This document shows, in pieces, positions 63,901 through 64,000 of a stretch of 64,000 bases of DNA; within the stretch, counting starts at the first letter, position 1; every line of letters starts with the position of its first letter. The notes below the pieces were generated by a model that had not been told where the DNA came from, made no database searches, and saw nothing but the letters and a program-made list of their open reading frames with translations. Made by a program: the position numbers and the translations under genes. Source of the DNA: Rhizophagus irregularis. Lineage: Eukaryota. The stretch covers positions 2,294,001-2,358,000 of the forward strand of contig NC_089434.1 of assembly GCF_026210795.1 (NCBI RefSeq), written 5' to 3'.

Positions 63901-64000
63901 GTTTTTTTTTTAAAACATTAATAGGTTGGCTACGATCTCTACCTGACCTGATATAAAAAACATTTTGGCATAATATATGATATATAAAAAGTACTAAAAC

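Overview
AT-rich, intron-containing eukaryotic DNA. The short GT-AG introns, Crinkler-type genes and dense TIR/MITE load suggest an arbuscular mycorrhizal (Glomeromycota-like) fungus; this taxon is inferred, not verified. A small island of conserved host genes (CDH1/fzr-type APC/C activator, CSN7, ARP8; about 8.1-16.2 kb) sits among nested transposons. Many of these I could delimit by TIRs and TSDs: pogo/Tigger, hAT and hAT-MITEs, and a 15-kb CACTA/En-Spm element. The most unusual part is a decayed, compact gene block from about 19.6 to 39 kb, probably resuming at 54.1-55.5 kb after the CACTA insertion. It encodes an NCLDV/herpes-type AEP primase-Zn-SF3 (D5-like) helicase next to a tyrosine-recombinase/telomere-resolvase-like gene. 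An iteron-like repeat region lies upstream, and cargo genes follow (F-box/LRR, two Crinkler-domain genes including a CRN-REase-kinase, Myb/SANT). This looks like a self-replicating or integrative mobile replicon, but I could not find its ends. Second highlight: a roughly 1-kb tRNA-headed SINE-like family with a shared 5' half and different 3' tails, present as a tandem dimer and as a poly(A)-tailed copy with a 16-bp TSD. Third: tandem micro-exon/intron arrays inside non-autonomous TIR elements. All domain calls are by eye from motifs; no database searches were run.
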